A stretch of DNA of 64,000 nucleotides from an uncultured delta proteobacterium (GTDB lineage: Bacteria; Desulfobacterota; Binatia; UBA9968). Under the pieces are notes generated by a model, which saw only the letters and a list, made by a program, of their open reading frames with translations, did no database searches and had not been told where the DNA came from. Position 1 is the first letter of the stretch, and every line of letters begins with the position of its first letter. The translations under genes were made by a program, and so were the position numbers. The stretch covers positions 1,184,001-1,248,000 of the forward strand of contig CAVYTU010000015.1 of assembly GCA_963771465.1 (NCBI GenBank), in the 5' to 3' direction. Shown in pieces: positions 20,390-30,908 of this stretch.

Positions 20390-21865
20390 TCAGCGAATGA
20401 AATCGCCGTCATCGCCCACGCAAACCAATCGCCGAAGCGAACGTAGTAAGTCTCCTCGTTCAAAATATCGACATCGGTCTGCAATCGTTGCCGGCGTGAA
20501 CATCGGCAGCGTCTTGACGACCTCGCCTCGAGCATTGACCAACGAAGTCACGCCCGTGTTGGTGACCCGGAGCAAACTGCGCCGGGTTTCGATGGCGCGT
20601 GATTGCGCCAGGCGCAGGTGCTGCCATGGGCCAACGGATTTTCCGTACCAAGCGTCGTTGGTGAGATTGACCAGAACGTTGGCGCGAGTTTCTTTAACGA
20701 ATTCGCGCGCAAGATGCGGCATCAGATCCTCGTAGCAGATCAGCGGCGCGACCCGCACGCCGCGTCCTAAATGAAACGCCACCGGCCCGGCGCCGGCGGT
20801 AAACCCGTCAGCAAACGGCATGGCGGGCAACAACGAGAGAATTTTCGCGAAGGGCAGATATTCACCGAAAGCCAACAGCACCTGCTTGTGATAGCGCGCC
20901 AGAATTCTTCCGTTGGCGTCCGTCAAAAACGCGGTGTTAAATGCCTTGATGTCCGAGCGCCCCGGCCTGCCGCGCACGCTCTTAGCGCCAAATATGAACG
21001 AAGCCCGGTCGGCTTTAAAACTTGGCATCAGCTCCTTCGGCAACACCTGAAGGGTTTCAGGCACGATCACTTCCATCGCCGACTCTGGCCAGATCACCAG
21101 CGGCACAGCGGCTAATTCATCGGTGAGCCTGCGGTGCTGGTCGAGATTTTTTTGCGCCAAAACGGGATTCCACTTCATGTCGATATCGACATTGCCCTGC
21201 ACCACGCCCACCGATAATTTGCGCGCGTCAGCCAATTCCGCGTCGACAACTTGCAGCCGTTGGTAGCCATAGACGAGCGAAACGACTAGAGCCAACACTG
21301 CGTACGCCAGCGGCATCCAGGTAGCGTACCGCTCTCGCTTGGGCGCGAAGAGAGCGTGATAAATCGCCGCGTTCAACCACATGATGATGAAACCGGCGCC
21401 GTACGGCCCGACCAAGTCGGCGCTCTGTATCAACCATAGAAAAGACACCTGAGAGTTGGCGATATACCAGGGAAACAAGAGCGGAAATAAAAACTCCAAG
21501 GGCACCCAAAACAGCGCCGGGAAAATCGCCAGCGGGCCAAAGCCGACGGCGCGCACGAGCAACGCGAAGAGCGCCATCTGGATCGCCTGCAATGCGGCGT
21601 AAGCGATGAATACAATCACGCTCACCGGATAGGGAAAACCGCCGAAGGCACTGATGGTATAAACCAGCCAGTGGAAACCGATCACATGCGCCGCCAAACC
21701 CATGAGCCAACCGTAGAATACCGCGCGGCGCAAATTTTCTGCCCGCTGGACACCCCAAAACAGCGGCACGAACGCAAACCATGCGAGCGGGAATAGCGCT
21801 GGTGACAAATAAGGAGCCGCTAGTAAGACAGCCGAAACGAGGGCAGCGAAAAAATTACTTGACAT
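20390..21865 (-). CDS. lnt: Apolipoprotein N-acyltransferase (C-terminal frameshift near 20480)
   Basis: VQGNV, IWPESA, YHKQVLLAFGEYLP, ICYED, TNDAWYG, RAIETRR, NTGVT; terminal TYYVRFGDW lies in another frame. Confidence 0.92.
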   Translation of the reverse strand: MSSNFFAALVSAVLLAAPYLSPALFPLAWFAFVPLFWGVQRAENLRRAVFYGWLMGLAAHVIGFHWLVYTISAFGGFPYPVSVIVFIAYAALQAIQMALFALLVRAVGFGPLAIFPALFWVPLEFLFPLLFPWYIANSQVSFLWLIQSADLVGPYGAGFIIMWLNAAIYHALFAPKRERYATWMPLAYAVLALVVSLVYGYQRLQVVDAELADARKLSVGVVQGNVDIDMKWNPVLAQKNLDQHRRLTDELAAVPLVIWPESAMEVIVPETLQVLPKELMPSFKADRASFIFGAKSVRGRPGRSDIKAFNTAFLTDANGRILARYHKQVLLAFGEYLPFAKILSLLPAMPFADGFTAGAGPVAFHLGRGVRVAPLICYEDLMPHLAREFVKETRANVLVNLTNDAWYGKSVGPWQHLRLAQSRAIETRRSLLRVTNTGVTSLVNARGEVVKTLPMFTPATIADRCRYFERGDLLRSLRRLVCVGDDGDFIR

Positions 21866-22109
21866 AGAAAATAATTAAATATAAACGAGTTCTCGTCGAG
21901 ACTTGGCCGGCGAAATCTTCGCAGGCGAAGTGAGCTCTCGCTCTTTTTGCATCGCGAGCCTGAGTCTAAATTCTCCCCTGAACTCGACGGTTCGCTCCGA
22001 ACTTCAGGACGAAACGTTAACTGGTTATCGAGCCGCCAACAAAAAAGAATTTCATCAGAATTAGCACGAACCCGATGTAATGATAACTCAGCGCTCACCG
22101 GAGGAGTCC

Positions 22110-23831
22110 ATGGCATCAAACTACCGCAGGGTTGTTTTGGGTATCGCAGTAATCATTTTGGTTACTGCGCTCGTGGGTCATGCCCCGGCTGCGGAAGAGC
22201 CGATCGTTGACAGTGAGTGGGGAAGTTTTCTCAAAGATAAAGTCTCTTTCAACGGCTTCGTTGAAAATACCACTGGACTCTCGATCAGCCACGGCAGCCG
22301 GTTCTTCAATACGTCGAATCGTTTCATCATGAACCGGACGACCTTTCAGCCTGAGTTCAATGTAGAGGCTGCCGATTGGGCGAAGTTTTTCATCTCCTGG
22401 CGGTTTGTCAAAGAACCCCGCTACAACGCCGAAGCCAAAAGCCGTCGGGTGGCGGTCAACCCCAAACCGGTGCAACCTCTCGGCAACACGTATTACGACG
22501 AATACAGCCCCAAACCGTGGGAGGCAGTTCTCGATCTCAAACCGTCCGACAGCCTGAAAATTAGATTGGGCAGGCAATTCATTTCCTGGGGGGAAACCGA
22601 CGGGCTGAGGCTCCTGGACGTGATCAATCCGCAGGATGGGACGTTTGCGCCGTCACTAGCGCCGAATTTATTCGACCTCGACGAAACGAGAATTCCTTCT
22701 TGGGGCGTTAGGCTGACCTACACGATTCGCCCGGTAAGCAATACCAATCTCGAGTTGGTCGCTCTTCCCGGCTACTGGGACGAGCCAAAACAACGCGTCG
22801 ACGAAATTCTCGGCAGCAACGACATCCGTAGCGAAAAAGTGCGCTACGGCCGATGGTCGTCATACCCTGAAACGCGCATGCCTGCCGCTCTCGGCGGCAT
22901 CGGCCGCTTTTATGGAAATCCCTCGGGTCCGGTGCCGGTGGTCATTCCCCAGGTTTCCAGAGAGCTACCGGACGCCGGAGACAGTTGGAAAATCGGTGCA
23001 AGATTCACCCATACCATCGGCGCGTTGAATTTTGGACTCGGTTATATCTGGGGCTTCAATCCGCAGGCTGGCGACATGGTGTTCAAGTTAAAGGGCAAAG
23101 GCTGCCTGCCACCGGCCACCGGTCCACAGTGCCGCATCGGCGGCGTTGCCGCGCCGCTTCCGACCACGGTGAACATTGCGCTGGTAAACGACCGCACCAG
23201 TATTTTCGCCGGCCATTTCAATTACACGGTAAACGACCTTGCTGGCGTACCCGTTAACACCGCGATCCGCGGCGAGGTCGCTTTCTATCCCTCCGAACCT
23301 TATAACATCTCGGAATTCCCCGGCCGCAATTGTGCCACCGGCGCGCTAACCGGTCTGATCGCCGGACCGCGCTGCAAACGCGGCGTCGAAGACTCGGACG
23401 CCGTGGTGGAAAAGAATACGCTGCGCTACGCGCTGGGCTTTGACCGCACGACCTTGATACCGTTTTTGCAGGAAGATCCGTGGCGGCCATTTCGCTTTTC
23501 CTTCCAGTTTTTTCAGCGCGCCATCTTCGCTCACGAAGACGGCATCCGGGTGTTTTCGACGGCCAACAAGATCGCCAAGATTACCACGGTGCTCACCTTG
23601 CGCGGCTCCACCGGCTATTTTGGCGACACCATTCTTCCCGACGTATTTCTCGCGTACGACCCGCAAGGCTATTGGGCGGCAAACCCAGCGGTTACCTATG
23701 CACCGTCGTGGAACGAACGGCTTAAGTTCACTCTGACCGCAGCCATTTATGGCGGCAAGGATAAGTTCAGCTTTCCCGGATCGCTTTCGGAAAAGGATTC
23801 GGTGTTCTTAAAAATGCGCTATCAGTTCTAA
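22110..23831 (+). CDS. DUF1302-like outer-membrane beta-barrel protein
   Basis: Signal peptide, RLGRQFISWGETDGLRLLDVINPQD, C-terminal KMRYQF; gene context. Confidence 0.75.
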   Translation: MASNYRRVVLGIAVIILVTALVGHAPAAEEPIVDSEWGSFLKDKVSFNGFVENTTGLSISHGSRFFNTSNRFIMNRTTFQPEFNVEAADWAKFFISWRFVKEPRYNAEAKSRRVAVNPKPVQPLGNTYYDEYSPKPWEAVLDLKPSDSLKIRLGRQFISWGETDGLRLLDVINPQDGTFAPSLAPNLFDLDETRIPSWGVRLTYTIRPVSNTNLELVALPGYWDEPKQRVDEILGSNDIRSEKVRYGRWSSYPETRMPAALGGIGRFYGNPSGPVPVVIPQVSRELPDAGDSWKIGARFTHTIGALNFGLGYIWGFNPQAGDMVFKLKGKGCLPPATGPQCRIGGVAAPLPTTVNIALVNDRTSIFAGHFNYTVNDLAGVPVNTAIRGEVAFYPSEPYNISEFPGRNCATGALTGLIAGPRCKRGVEDSDAVVEKNTLRYALGFDRTTLIPFLQEDPWRPFRFSFQFFQRAIFAHEDGIRVFSTANKIAKITTVLTLRGSTGYFGDTILPDVFLAYDPQGYWAANPAVTYAPSWNERLKFTLTAAIYGGKDKFSFPGSLSEKDSVFLKMRYQF

Positions 23832-23852
23832 CTCTTGCAGGAGAATTACGAA

Positions 23853-25076
23853 ATGAGAATCCCGCGAATAGTCTTCGCCGCCATCCTAATTATCTTTGTG
23901 GCGTTATCGCTGCCATCGTCCAGCCCTGCGGCGGATACGGAGCTCAAATCCGGCGACACCATCGGACCGAATAACTGGCAGCGGATTCAAGGCATGGTCG
24001 GCGACAATTTTTTGAATCGGATCAAAGCCGGCCACTCCTTGCAGATCAAACCGGCCAAGACCTATCGCCATATAAAGGAATACACCGAAGCCACCGATAA
24101 ATACGCCGCCAAAGTTCGCCTCGGCGCCAACGGTGAACTGGTTGGCTACGTCGCCGGGCAGCCTTTTCCAAAATTCGAAACGAGCGATCCGCAGATCGGC
24201 CAAAAGCTCGCTTGGAATTTTTTCTGGCGCTGGCTGGGTGACGATTACAAGACGGGTGGCGCGGTCAAAGGCGGCAAGATAATCCGTTCGGTCATCGAAA
24301 AAGGTGGCGCGGAACGGCGCGCCGATCTAGTTTCCTACTTTCTCTTTCCACGCACCCGTTACAATTCGGATCCTAAACCGGTGATTCCAGGCTACGAGCA
24401 TATCGATTACATGCAGCTCCGTATCGACAGTTATCCGCGCGACGCCGCGGGCACGACGACCTTGGAGATCCGTTACGCCGATCCCAATCGTGCCGACGAT
24501 TTGTATATTTACATTCCGAGCATTCGCCGCATCCGCCGCGCGACCACGACACAACGCTGCCAGACGCTGGCGCCGAGTGAGTTCAATCTCGACGATATCA
24601 ACAGCTTCAACGGTAAGATCACCGACTTCAACTACAAACTTCTTGGCGAAAAAAAGATGCTGGCGAATTTGAGCCAAGAACATCTGCCCTTCAATCGGAA
24701 GCCAGGCGACTATTTGCCCCTCGATGAGAAGTGGGAAGTCGTCGACACCTACGTGCTCGAGGTCACGCCCAAGGACCCGAACTATTGCTATCCGAGAAAG
24801 CTGCTGCATCTGAACAAGGTGACCTTCGACACCCATTGGACTTTGATCTGGGATAAGCGCGGCGATTACTGGAAAGAACAGTTCGGCATGTTCACGCCGG
24901 TTAAACTGTCCGATGGCCGGGAAGTTTGGTCGGTCGGAGACGTGACCATTCTTAATGTCCAAAACGGCCGTTCGACAATCGTGACTTCGACGCGCGCATA
25001 CAACAAGGGCTATCCAGCCAGCATGTTCAGTTTAGCAACGTTGGAAAGCATTATGCGCGGCGGATCCATCGAGTAA
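23853..25076 (+). CDS. DUF1329 / LolA-like periplasmic protein
   Basis: GQPFP, KLAWNF, YIYIPSIRRIRR, PKDPNYCY. Confidence 0.85.
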   Translation: MRIPRIVFAAILIIFVALSLPSSSPAADTELKSGDTIGPNNWQRIQGMVGDNFLNRIKAGHSLQIKPAKTYRHIKEYTEATDKYAAKVRLGANGELVGYVAGQPFPKFETSDPQIGQKLAWNFFWRWLGDDYKTGGAVKGGKIIRSVIEKGGAERRADLVSYFLFPRTRYNSDPKPVIPGYEHIDYMQLRIDSYPRDAAGTTTLEIRYADPNRADDLYIYIPSIRRIRRATTTQRCQTLAPSEFNLDDINSFNGKITDFNYKLLGEKKMLANLSQEHLPFNRKPGDYLPLDEKWEVVDTYVLEVTPKDPNYCYPRKLLHLNKVTFDTHWTLIWDKRGDYWKEQFGMFTPVKLSDGREVWSVGDVTILNVQNGRSTIVTSTRAYNKGYPASMFSLATLESIMRGGSIE

Positions 25077-25092
25077 TTGCGATCGCCGCTCA

Positions 25093-26169
25093 ATGCGAGC
25101 GCGTCTCACGTCGGTCATCTCTGAGCCAGTTTTCATGCGCGCCATTATCGCATTGTTCGCCGGGCTGGTTTTTGAACTTATCTGCCTGGTTTCTCAATCT
25201 CACGCCGGCACCGTTCTCAAAGAAACTGCGTTCAACGAGAATTTCTATAGCGTTCACATCGTCGATGATCGCGCCTGGATCGTTGGCTATTACGGCGCGA
25301 TCTTGCACTCGCCGGATCGCGGCGTGACTTGGCAAATCCAGCCGAGCCCCACACGGAACGCCTTATTCAGCGTCGAATTTATCACTCGTGACAAAGGCTG
25401 GATCGCCGGCAGTTACGGCACGATTCTCCACACCCTCGACGGCGGCAAGAACTGGCGACCCCAATCAAGCGGCACGACCGAACATCTGTTTGGCCTGGCA
25501 ATCGCCGATGAGAACTACGGCTGGGCCGTGGGCAGCCGCGGCACCACTTTGCGCACGGAGAACGGCGGCCGGTCATGGTCGAGTACGTTAGTACCGGGAG
25601 ATTTTACTTTCAGCGGCGTCGCCTTCACCGATCGATCCCACGGTTGGATCGTCGGCGAGTTCGGCGTTATTTTTCAAACGATCGATGGCGGCAAGACTTG
25701 GCTCAAACAAAAAAGTCCCATTGAAGTCTCCTTCGCTAGTGGCGAAAGCCGGAATCTTTTTGCGCTGCAACTTAACGGCGTGAATTCCGGCTATGCCTTT
25801 GGACTCGACGGCCTGGTGCTGAAAATTCGCGCTGGCAAGGCGTGGGACGTCGTCCGCCAACCAAGCGCTATGGATAAATTGGCGGAAGCCAATCATCTAT
25901 TCGCCGCCGCCACGTCGCAGGACCAAATCTGGGCCGTGGGTGAGCGCGGCACCTTGCTGCGATCGGATTCTGACGGCAAGCACTGGCAGCAGGCCCAAGG
26001 CGAAATACCGCGTACCAGTTTGAACGGCGTCGCCTTTGGCAAGACTGGCTTTGGCTTAGTCGTCGGCAACCGTGGCGTGGTTCTGCGCACCGAGGATGGC
26101 GGCGCGTCTTGGCAAAGACTTAAGATCAACAGTCAATCTCCAGCCAAGGATTTGGGCCGCGTCCCATGA
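25093..26169 (+). CDS. YCF48/BNR-repeat beta-propeller protein
   Basis: Repeated GWxxGxxGxIxxTxDGGxxW units. Confidence 0.9.
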   Translation: MRARLTSVISEPVFMRAIIALFAGLVFELICLVSQSHAGTVLKETAFNENFYSVHIVDDRAWIVGYYGAILHSPDRGVTWQIQPSPTRNALFSVEFITRDKGWIAGSYGTILHTLDGGKNWRPQSSGTTEHLFGLAIADENYGWAVGSRGTTLRTENGGRSWSSTLVPGDFTFSGVAFTDRSHGWIVGEFGVIFQTIDGGKTWLKQKSPIEVSFASGESRNLFALQLNGVNSGYAFGLDGLVLKIRAGKAWDVVRQPSAMDKLAEANHLFAAATSQDQIWAVGERGTLLRSDSDGKHWQQAQGEIPRTSLNGVAFGKTGFGLVVGNRGVVLRTEDGGASWQRLKINSQSPAKDLGRVP

Positions 26170-28496
26170 GGCCGCTGGCACTCTGGGTCGTCAGGAAACG
26201 CGTCTTTATCCTCGCCGTTATAATACTGCTGACGCTCCTATTCTCCTATCTCGCGCTCAGGGCCGAAATCTACACCGCGTTCGCCGACCTCTTGCCAAAG
26301 AATCATCCTTACATTCAAGTTCATAATCGCTTCTGGGAAACCTTCGGCGGCGCCAACGTCGTGCTGCTTTCGGTGGAAGTCACGGACGGCGACATATTCA
26401 ACGTGACGGTGTTGGAGAAGATCAAGAAACTTACTGAAATCATCGAGCGCACGCCTGGGGTGAATAACTATCAAATCTTTTCATTGGCACGCCAGAAGGT
26501 CAAAGACGTGCGCGCCACGGCCTGGGGCATCGAGGTGCAACCGGTCATGTGGCCCAACGTGCCGCGTAATGGAGAGGAAATCGAACGGCTACGTAATATC
26601 GTCTACGCCAATCCCACCATCGTCGGTCGCCTGGTTTCCGAAGACGGCAAGGCAGCGTTGATTAGCGCCGCATTCCACGAGGAGCGGCTCAATTACGCCG
26701 CGCTGTTTGACCGCGTTCAACGGGCGATCAAAGAGTTAGAAGATCCCAAGACTCGCATATTCGCCGCCGGCGAACCGATTCTTTACGGTTGGATTTACCA
26801 TCATCTAGGCGCCATCGGTTTAATCATCGCGCTGACTTGTTTAAGTATTGCGGCGGTATTGATCCTTTACTACCGCAATTTGAACGGCGTCTTGATCCCG
26901 ATCATTTCCGCCCTGGTGACGTTTATTTGGGGTACCGGGTTTACCGCGCTACTCGGTTACAATTTCGAGCCGCTGATCCTTGTCGTGCCGTTTTTGATCG
27001 CGGCGCGCACGGTCAGCCATTCGATCCAGTTTCGCGAAAGATTCTTCGAGGAGCTCGACCGCTACGGCGACAAAGAAAAAGCGGCTATCGAAGCCGCTGC
27101 CGGCTTGATGATGCCGAGCGGCGTATCCATCGTAACCGACGCCATCGGCTTAACCGTGCTTCTCGTCGCGCCGATGCCGATTCTGACCAAGTTGGCGATT
27201 TCCGGAAGTTTCTGGGTGCTCAGTAATTTAGTTACCGTGGTGATTCTCGATCCGATTCTTTGCTGCTATTTCCCGACGCCGCGTCGACTGGTTCAAGGCG
27301 GAGAAGGCCACTGGCTCGACCGGCCGCTGCGCTCCGTGGGAAACTTTTGTGTGCATCGACTAGGACGCATGGTCGTGGTGGCTGGCTTTGCCGCGGTGGC
27401 GCTTTGGAGTTCGTATTGGTATCAGTTCCTCACCGTTGGCGATTCGCGTCCGGGCTCGACGCTGCTTTGGCCCGACTCCGAATACAATCAATCCGTGCGC
27501 CACATCAATGAAAAGTTTCACGGCACGGATCATCTCTACGTGATCGTCGAAGGCCAAATCGAGAGCACCATGAAATCGCCCAAGGTGCTGGAGACTATCG
27601 AAGCGTTTCAACGCCACATGCTCCGTTCGCCGCATGTCGGCGGCAGCGATTCCCTGGTGGATCTTACGCGTCAGATCAATACGGTCTTACATTACAACGA
27701 CCCGCGTTGGGGTCTGTTACCGCGCTCGGGGGAAGACGTTGGCGGCATCGTCATGGTCGCGGAACACGGCAGCGAACCGGGAGATTTCGACCGCTGGGTC
27801 AATTACAATTTTCAGCATGGACGGGTGACGTTTTATCTCTACGACCATAAAGGCGACACGCTGCGCGCGGTCATCGAGCGCGCCACGGAATTTATTAAAG
27901 ACAATCCACTCGACGGCGCCGAGCTCAAGCTCGCCAGCGGCTACGCGGGAGTGTTGGCGGCCGCCAACGAAGTCATCGCGCGCTCTGATAAACTTACCCT
28001 CGGCCTGATGCTGGTCGCCCAGTTGGTGTTTTGCGCCTTGGGCTTTGGCTCTCTAGCCGCCGGCTTGCTGTTCGTCGGCGTCGTATTGCTGTCAAATACA
28101 TTTGGCATGGCGCTGATGGCCTACTGGGGCGTGGGACTGAACGTGAATACCTTGCCGGTCATCAGCTTAGGAATCGGTTTCGGTGAAGACTATGGGATTT
28201 ACATAGTCTCGCGTGCCATCGAAGAGTATCAACGCCAAGGCGGCCGCGACCTAAATCGCGCTTTGGTCGACGGCGTTACTACGGCAGGGAAGGCGGTATT
28301 ATTTACCGCGTTTCTGATTTCCGCCGGCATCGCGCTATGGTCATTCTCACCGCTGCGATTTCAGGCTGAAATGGGTTGGCAGTTATTGATTATTTTATCC
28401 ATGAACATGCTCGGCGGTTTGTTTTTACTGCCCGCGCTGATCGCTCTGTTAAAGCCTAAATTTATCGTCGGAGCAGCCCATGAGCAAAACAAATAA
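26166..28496 (+). CDS. RND/MMPL-family transporter
   Basis: FGGAN, TDAIG, GIGFGEDYGIY, LRFQAEMG; two transmembrane halves; overlaps the upstream stop. Confidence 0.9.
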   Translation: MRPLALWVVRKRVFILAVIILLTLLFSYLALRAEIYTAFADLLPKNHPYIQVHNRFWETFGGANVVLLSVEVTDGDIFNVTVLEKIKKLTEIIERTPGVNNYQIFSLARQKVKDVRATAWGIEVQPVMWPNVPRNGEEIERLRNIVYANPTIVGRLVSEDGKAALISAAFHEERLNYAALFDRVQRAIKELEDPKTRIFAAGEPILYGWIYHHLGAIGLIIALTCLSIAAVLILYYRNLNGVLIPIISALVTFIWGTGFTALLGYNFEPLILVVPFLIAARTVSHSIQFRERFFEELDRYGDKEKAAIEAAAGLMMPSGVSIVTDAIGLTVLLVAPMPILTKLAISGSFWVLSNLVTVVILDPILCCYFPTPRRLVQGGEGHWLDRPLRSVGNFCVHRLGRMVVVAGFAAVALWSSYWYQFLTVGDSRPGSTLLWPDSEYNQSVRHINEKFHGTDHLYVIVEGQIESTMKSPKVLETIEAFQRHMLRSPHVGGSDSLVDLTRQINTVLHYNDPRWGLLPRSGEDVGGIVMVAEHGSEPGDFDRWVNYNFQHGRVTFYLYDHKGDTLRAVIERATEFIKDNPLDGAELKLASGYAGVLAAANEVIARSDKLTLGLMLVAQLVFCALGFGSLAAGLLFVGVVLLSNTFGMALMAYWGVGLNVNTLPVISLGIGFGEDYGIYIVSRAIEEYQRQGGRDLNRALVDGVTTAGKAVLFTAFLISAGIALWSFSPLRFQAEMGWQLLIILSMNMLGGLFLLPALIALLKPKFIVGAAHEQNK

Positions 28497-29490
28497 CTTG
28501 CCGCGCACCGAGTTCATGGTCGCCATCGTCGCGGCCTTGCTCTCCACCGCACCGATCTGCCTGGCCGCGACAAAAGTACGGCTGGCCCAGCCGACCATCG
28601 CGGTCATGTATGCACCGCTTTATTTTGGCGCCAAGCAGGGAATACTTACCAGCGAAGGGCTTGAGCTCGAGTTCATGACGATGCGCACGGACTTGGCCAT
28701 CGCGGCTTTAGGCGCCGGCGAGGTCGACTACATCGCCCACGGCGGTGCTGCATTACGCGCCGCCGCTCAGGGTTTTCCACTCAAGTTAGTTTTCGCCCTG
28801 GACCACAAGACACCATTTTGGTTGGCGGCCCGTGCGGAGTTGAAAAATGTTGCGCAACTTAAAGGGAAAAAGATCGGCATCAGTTTTCCCGCCGACACAC
28901 CTCACATCATTCTTAAGCGCTTTTTGCGCCAGCGCCAGATCGATCCCGATCGCGACGTCACCTATGTCGCCGGCCAGTTCTCACCTATAGGTCTGCAAAG
29001 CCTTTTGGTAGGCGTGCTCGACGCCGCGGTGCTGGCGCCGCCGTTCAATGTCTTGGCCGAGGAGAAAGGTCTCAACCTGCTCTCCTATCTCGGCCAGTCG
29101 GTGCCCGATGCGGCGGTTTCCAACGGTATCGTCACTAGCGATCAAAAAATTAAATCTCGGCCTGAAGAAGTGCAACGAATGGTTCGGGCAAGTCTCAAAG
29201 CGCTTTACGCCTATCGCCGAGACAAGTTAGCAGCTATCGAATTTCTTGCCGGCCACTTCGAGATATCGGCCAAAACCGCCGCCAAGGTCTATCCCAACGC
29301 GGTCGACATACTCACTTCAGACGGACAAATCAGCCAAGAAAAACTCCGTCAGATACTCGACATGATGCAAGATACCGGCAGGAAAGAACCGTCATCGATC
29401 CTTCCCAACGAGCTGCTGAATTTCTCATTTTTGCATGCCGCTCAGAAAGAGATCGCTGCAGCCGCTAGCGGCGTTAAGCGACTGCGGTGA
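28480..29490 (+). CDS. ABC substrate-binding protein, NMT1/SsuA-like
   Basis: EGLELE, LKGKKIGIS, IDPDRDV, LAPPF. Confidence 0.85.
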   Translation: MSKTNNLPRTEFMVAIVAALLSTAPICLAATKVRLAQPTIAVMYAPLYFGAKQGILTSEGLELEFMTMRTDLAIAALGAGEVDYIAHGGAALRAAAQGFPLKLVFALDHKTPFWLAARAELKNVAQLKGKKIGISFPADTPHIILKRFLRQRQIDPDRDVTYVAGQFSPIGLQSLLVGVLDAAVLAPPFNVLAEEKGLNLLSYLGQSVPDAAVSNGIVTSDQKIKSRPEEVQRMVRASLKALYAYRRDKLAAIEFLAGHFEISAKTAAKVYPNAVDILTSDGQISQEKLRQILDMMQDTGRKEPSSILPNELLNFSFLHAAQKEIAAAASGVKRLR

Positions 29491-29596
29491 ATGCTGAAGG
29501 ATTCAATCCCTAAATTCCTGGGTCAGACGGACTACGGTCGAGTGATAGATGGGTGTCTCTACCGTCGTATGCGCAGCTAACAACAAAAGTCCGCAG

Positions 29597-30169
29597 CTAG
29601 GATGCTTTAACTTCAAAATCATAGGCCAGCTCCAGCAGTTGCACGAGGATTCTCGCCGTCACGCCCCACACGTCCCAGCCGTTGACGTAAAAATGATAGC
29701 TGGGATGGCCGCCCGGGGACAATCGATCGTCGAGTACAAAATTGCGCCGCTCCATCAGCGATCGAATCGGCACCGACGCCACTGCCGCAGTCTCCCGCGG
29801 GTCCATGCGAAACTCGTAGTGCGCCGGAATCACGCCCACCACCGGCGTAACGACCAAACCATAGCCCGCGGTAAATTCATCCAAGCGGCCGAGTATCGTC
29901 ACTTGCGCCGGATCGATGCCGATCTCTTCCTCGCTTTCGCGTAGCGCGGTGTGAACAATATCCTTGTCGCCGGCATGGACCCGGCCGCCGGGAAAAGCGA
30001 TTTGTCCTTTGTGCGTTGGCAAGTGATCACCGCGCTGTGTGAGCACGAGATAATCGCCGTCCAGCCGTTGTTGAATCGGGATTAACACCGCCGCCGGCTT
30101 GTGGCCGTTGCCCGCGATGATTTCTGGTGTGCGCGATTTCAGAACGGCGGTAAATTTGTCGGCGACCAT
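29597..30169 (-). CDS. Nudix hydrolase, CoA pyrophosphatase family
   Basis: AAVLIP, LTQRGDHLPTHKGQIAFPGG, TALRESEEEIG, VWGVTA. Confidence 0.9.
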   Translation of the reverse strand: MVADKFTAVLKSRTPEIIAGNGHKPAAVLIPIQQRLDGDYLVLTQRGDHLPTHKGQIAFPGGRVHAGDKDIVHTALRESEEEIGIDPAQVTILGRLDEFTAGYGLVVTPVVGVIPAHYEFRMDPRETAAVASVPIRSLMERRNFVLDDRLSPGGHPSYHFYVNGWDVWGVTARILVQLLELAYDFEVKAS

Positions 30170-30251
30170 GAATAGAGAAACTTTTGACCTATGCGCGATC
30201 TATGATAGATACGTTTCAATCTAGCCAAACGAAAGGCAAAACACTAGCATC

Positions 30252-30908
30252 GTGATCGACCGCGACATCCATGCCGCCGTTCGCATTCTGCGCCGCGAAG
30301 TGCCCAAGTGGGACACGCCGGTCGTAACGCTGATGGCCGAAACCTATGAAAGTCCGTTTCGCGTCCTGATCTCCTGTATTCTCAGCCTACGCACCCAAGA
30401 CGCGACCACGGCGCAGGCTTCACACCGTTTATTCGCCGTCGCCGATTCGCCGCAAGCGATGATCAAGCTCAGCGCGAAGAAAATCGCCAAGCTTATCTAT
30501 CCCGTCGGCTTCTACAAAACCAAAGCAAAAAATATTCTCGACATCTGCCGGACGATCATCGCTGATTACAACGGCAAGGTTCCCGACGAAATCGACGAGC
30601 TGCTAAAGTTCAAAGGCGTCGGACGAAAGACCGCGAATCTCGTCGTCACCCTTGGCTACGACAAGCCCGGCATCTGCGTCGACACCCATGTGCACCGGAT
30701 TTCCAACCGCTGGGGTTATGTCAAAACCAAGACGCCCGAGAAGACCGAAGTCGCTCTGCGCGCTAAGCTGCCTAAACAGTATTGGATCGAATACAACAAT
30801 CTTTTAGTAAACTTCGGCCAACATCTATGCCGGCCGATCTCGCCGGTGTGCAGTGAGTGTCTGGTCAAGAAATACTGCAAGCAGATCGGCGTCGGTGTGA
30901 GGCGATGA
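30252..30908 (+). CDS. nth: Endonuclease III
   Basis: HhH motif KGVGRKTANLV, VDTHVHRISNR, CRPISPVCSECLVKKYC. Confidence 0.93.
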   Translation: MIDRDIHAAVRILRREVPKWDTPVVTLMAETYESPFRVLISCILSLRTQDATTAQASHRLFAVADSPQAMIKLSAKKIAKLIYPVGFYKTKAKNILDICRTIIADYNGKVPDEIDELLKFKGVGRKTANLVVTLGYDKPGICVDTHVHRISNRWGYVKTKTPEKTEVALRAKLPKQYWIEYNNLLVNFGQHLCRPISPVCSECLVKKYCKQIGVGVRR

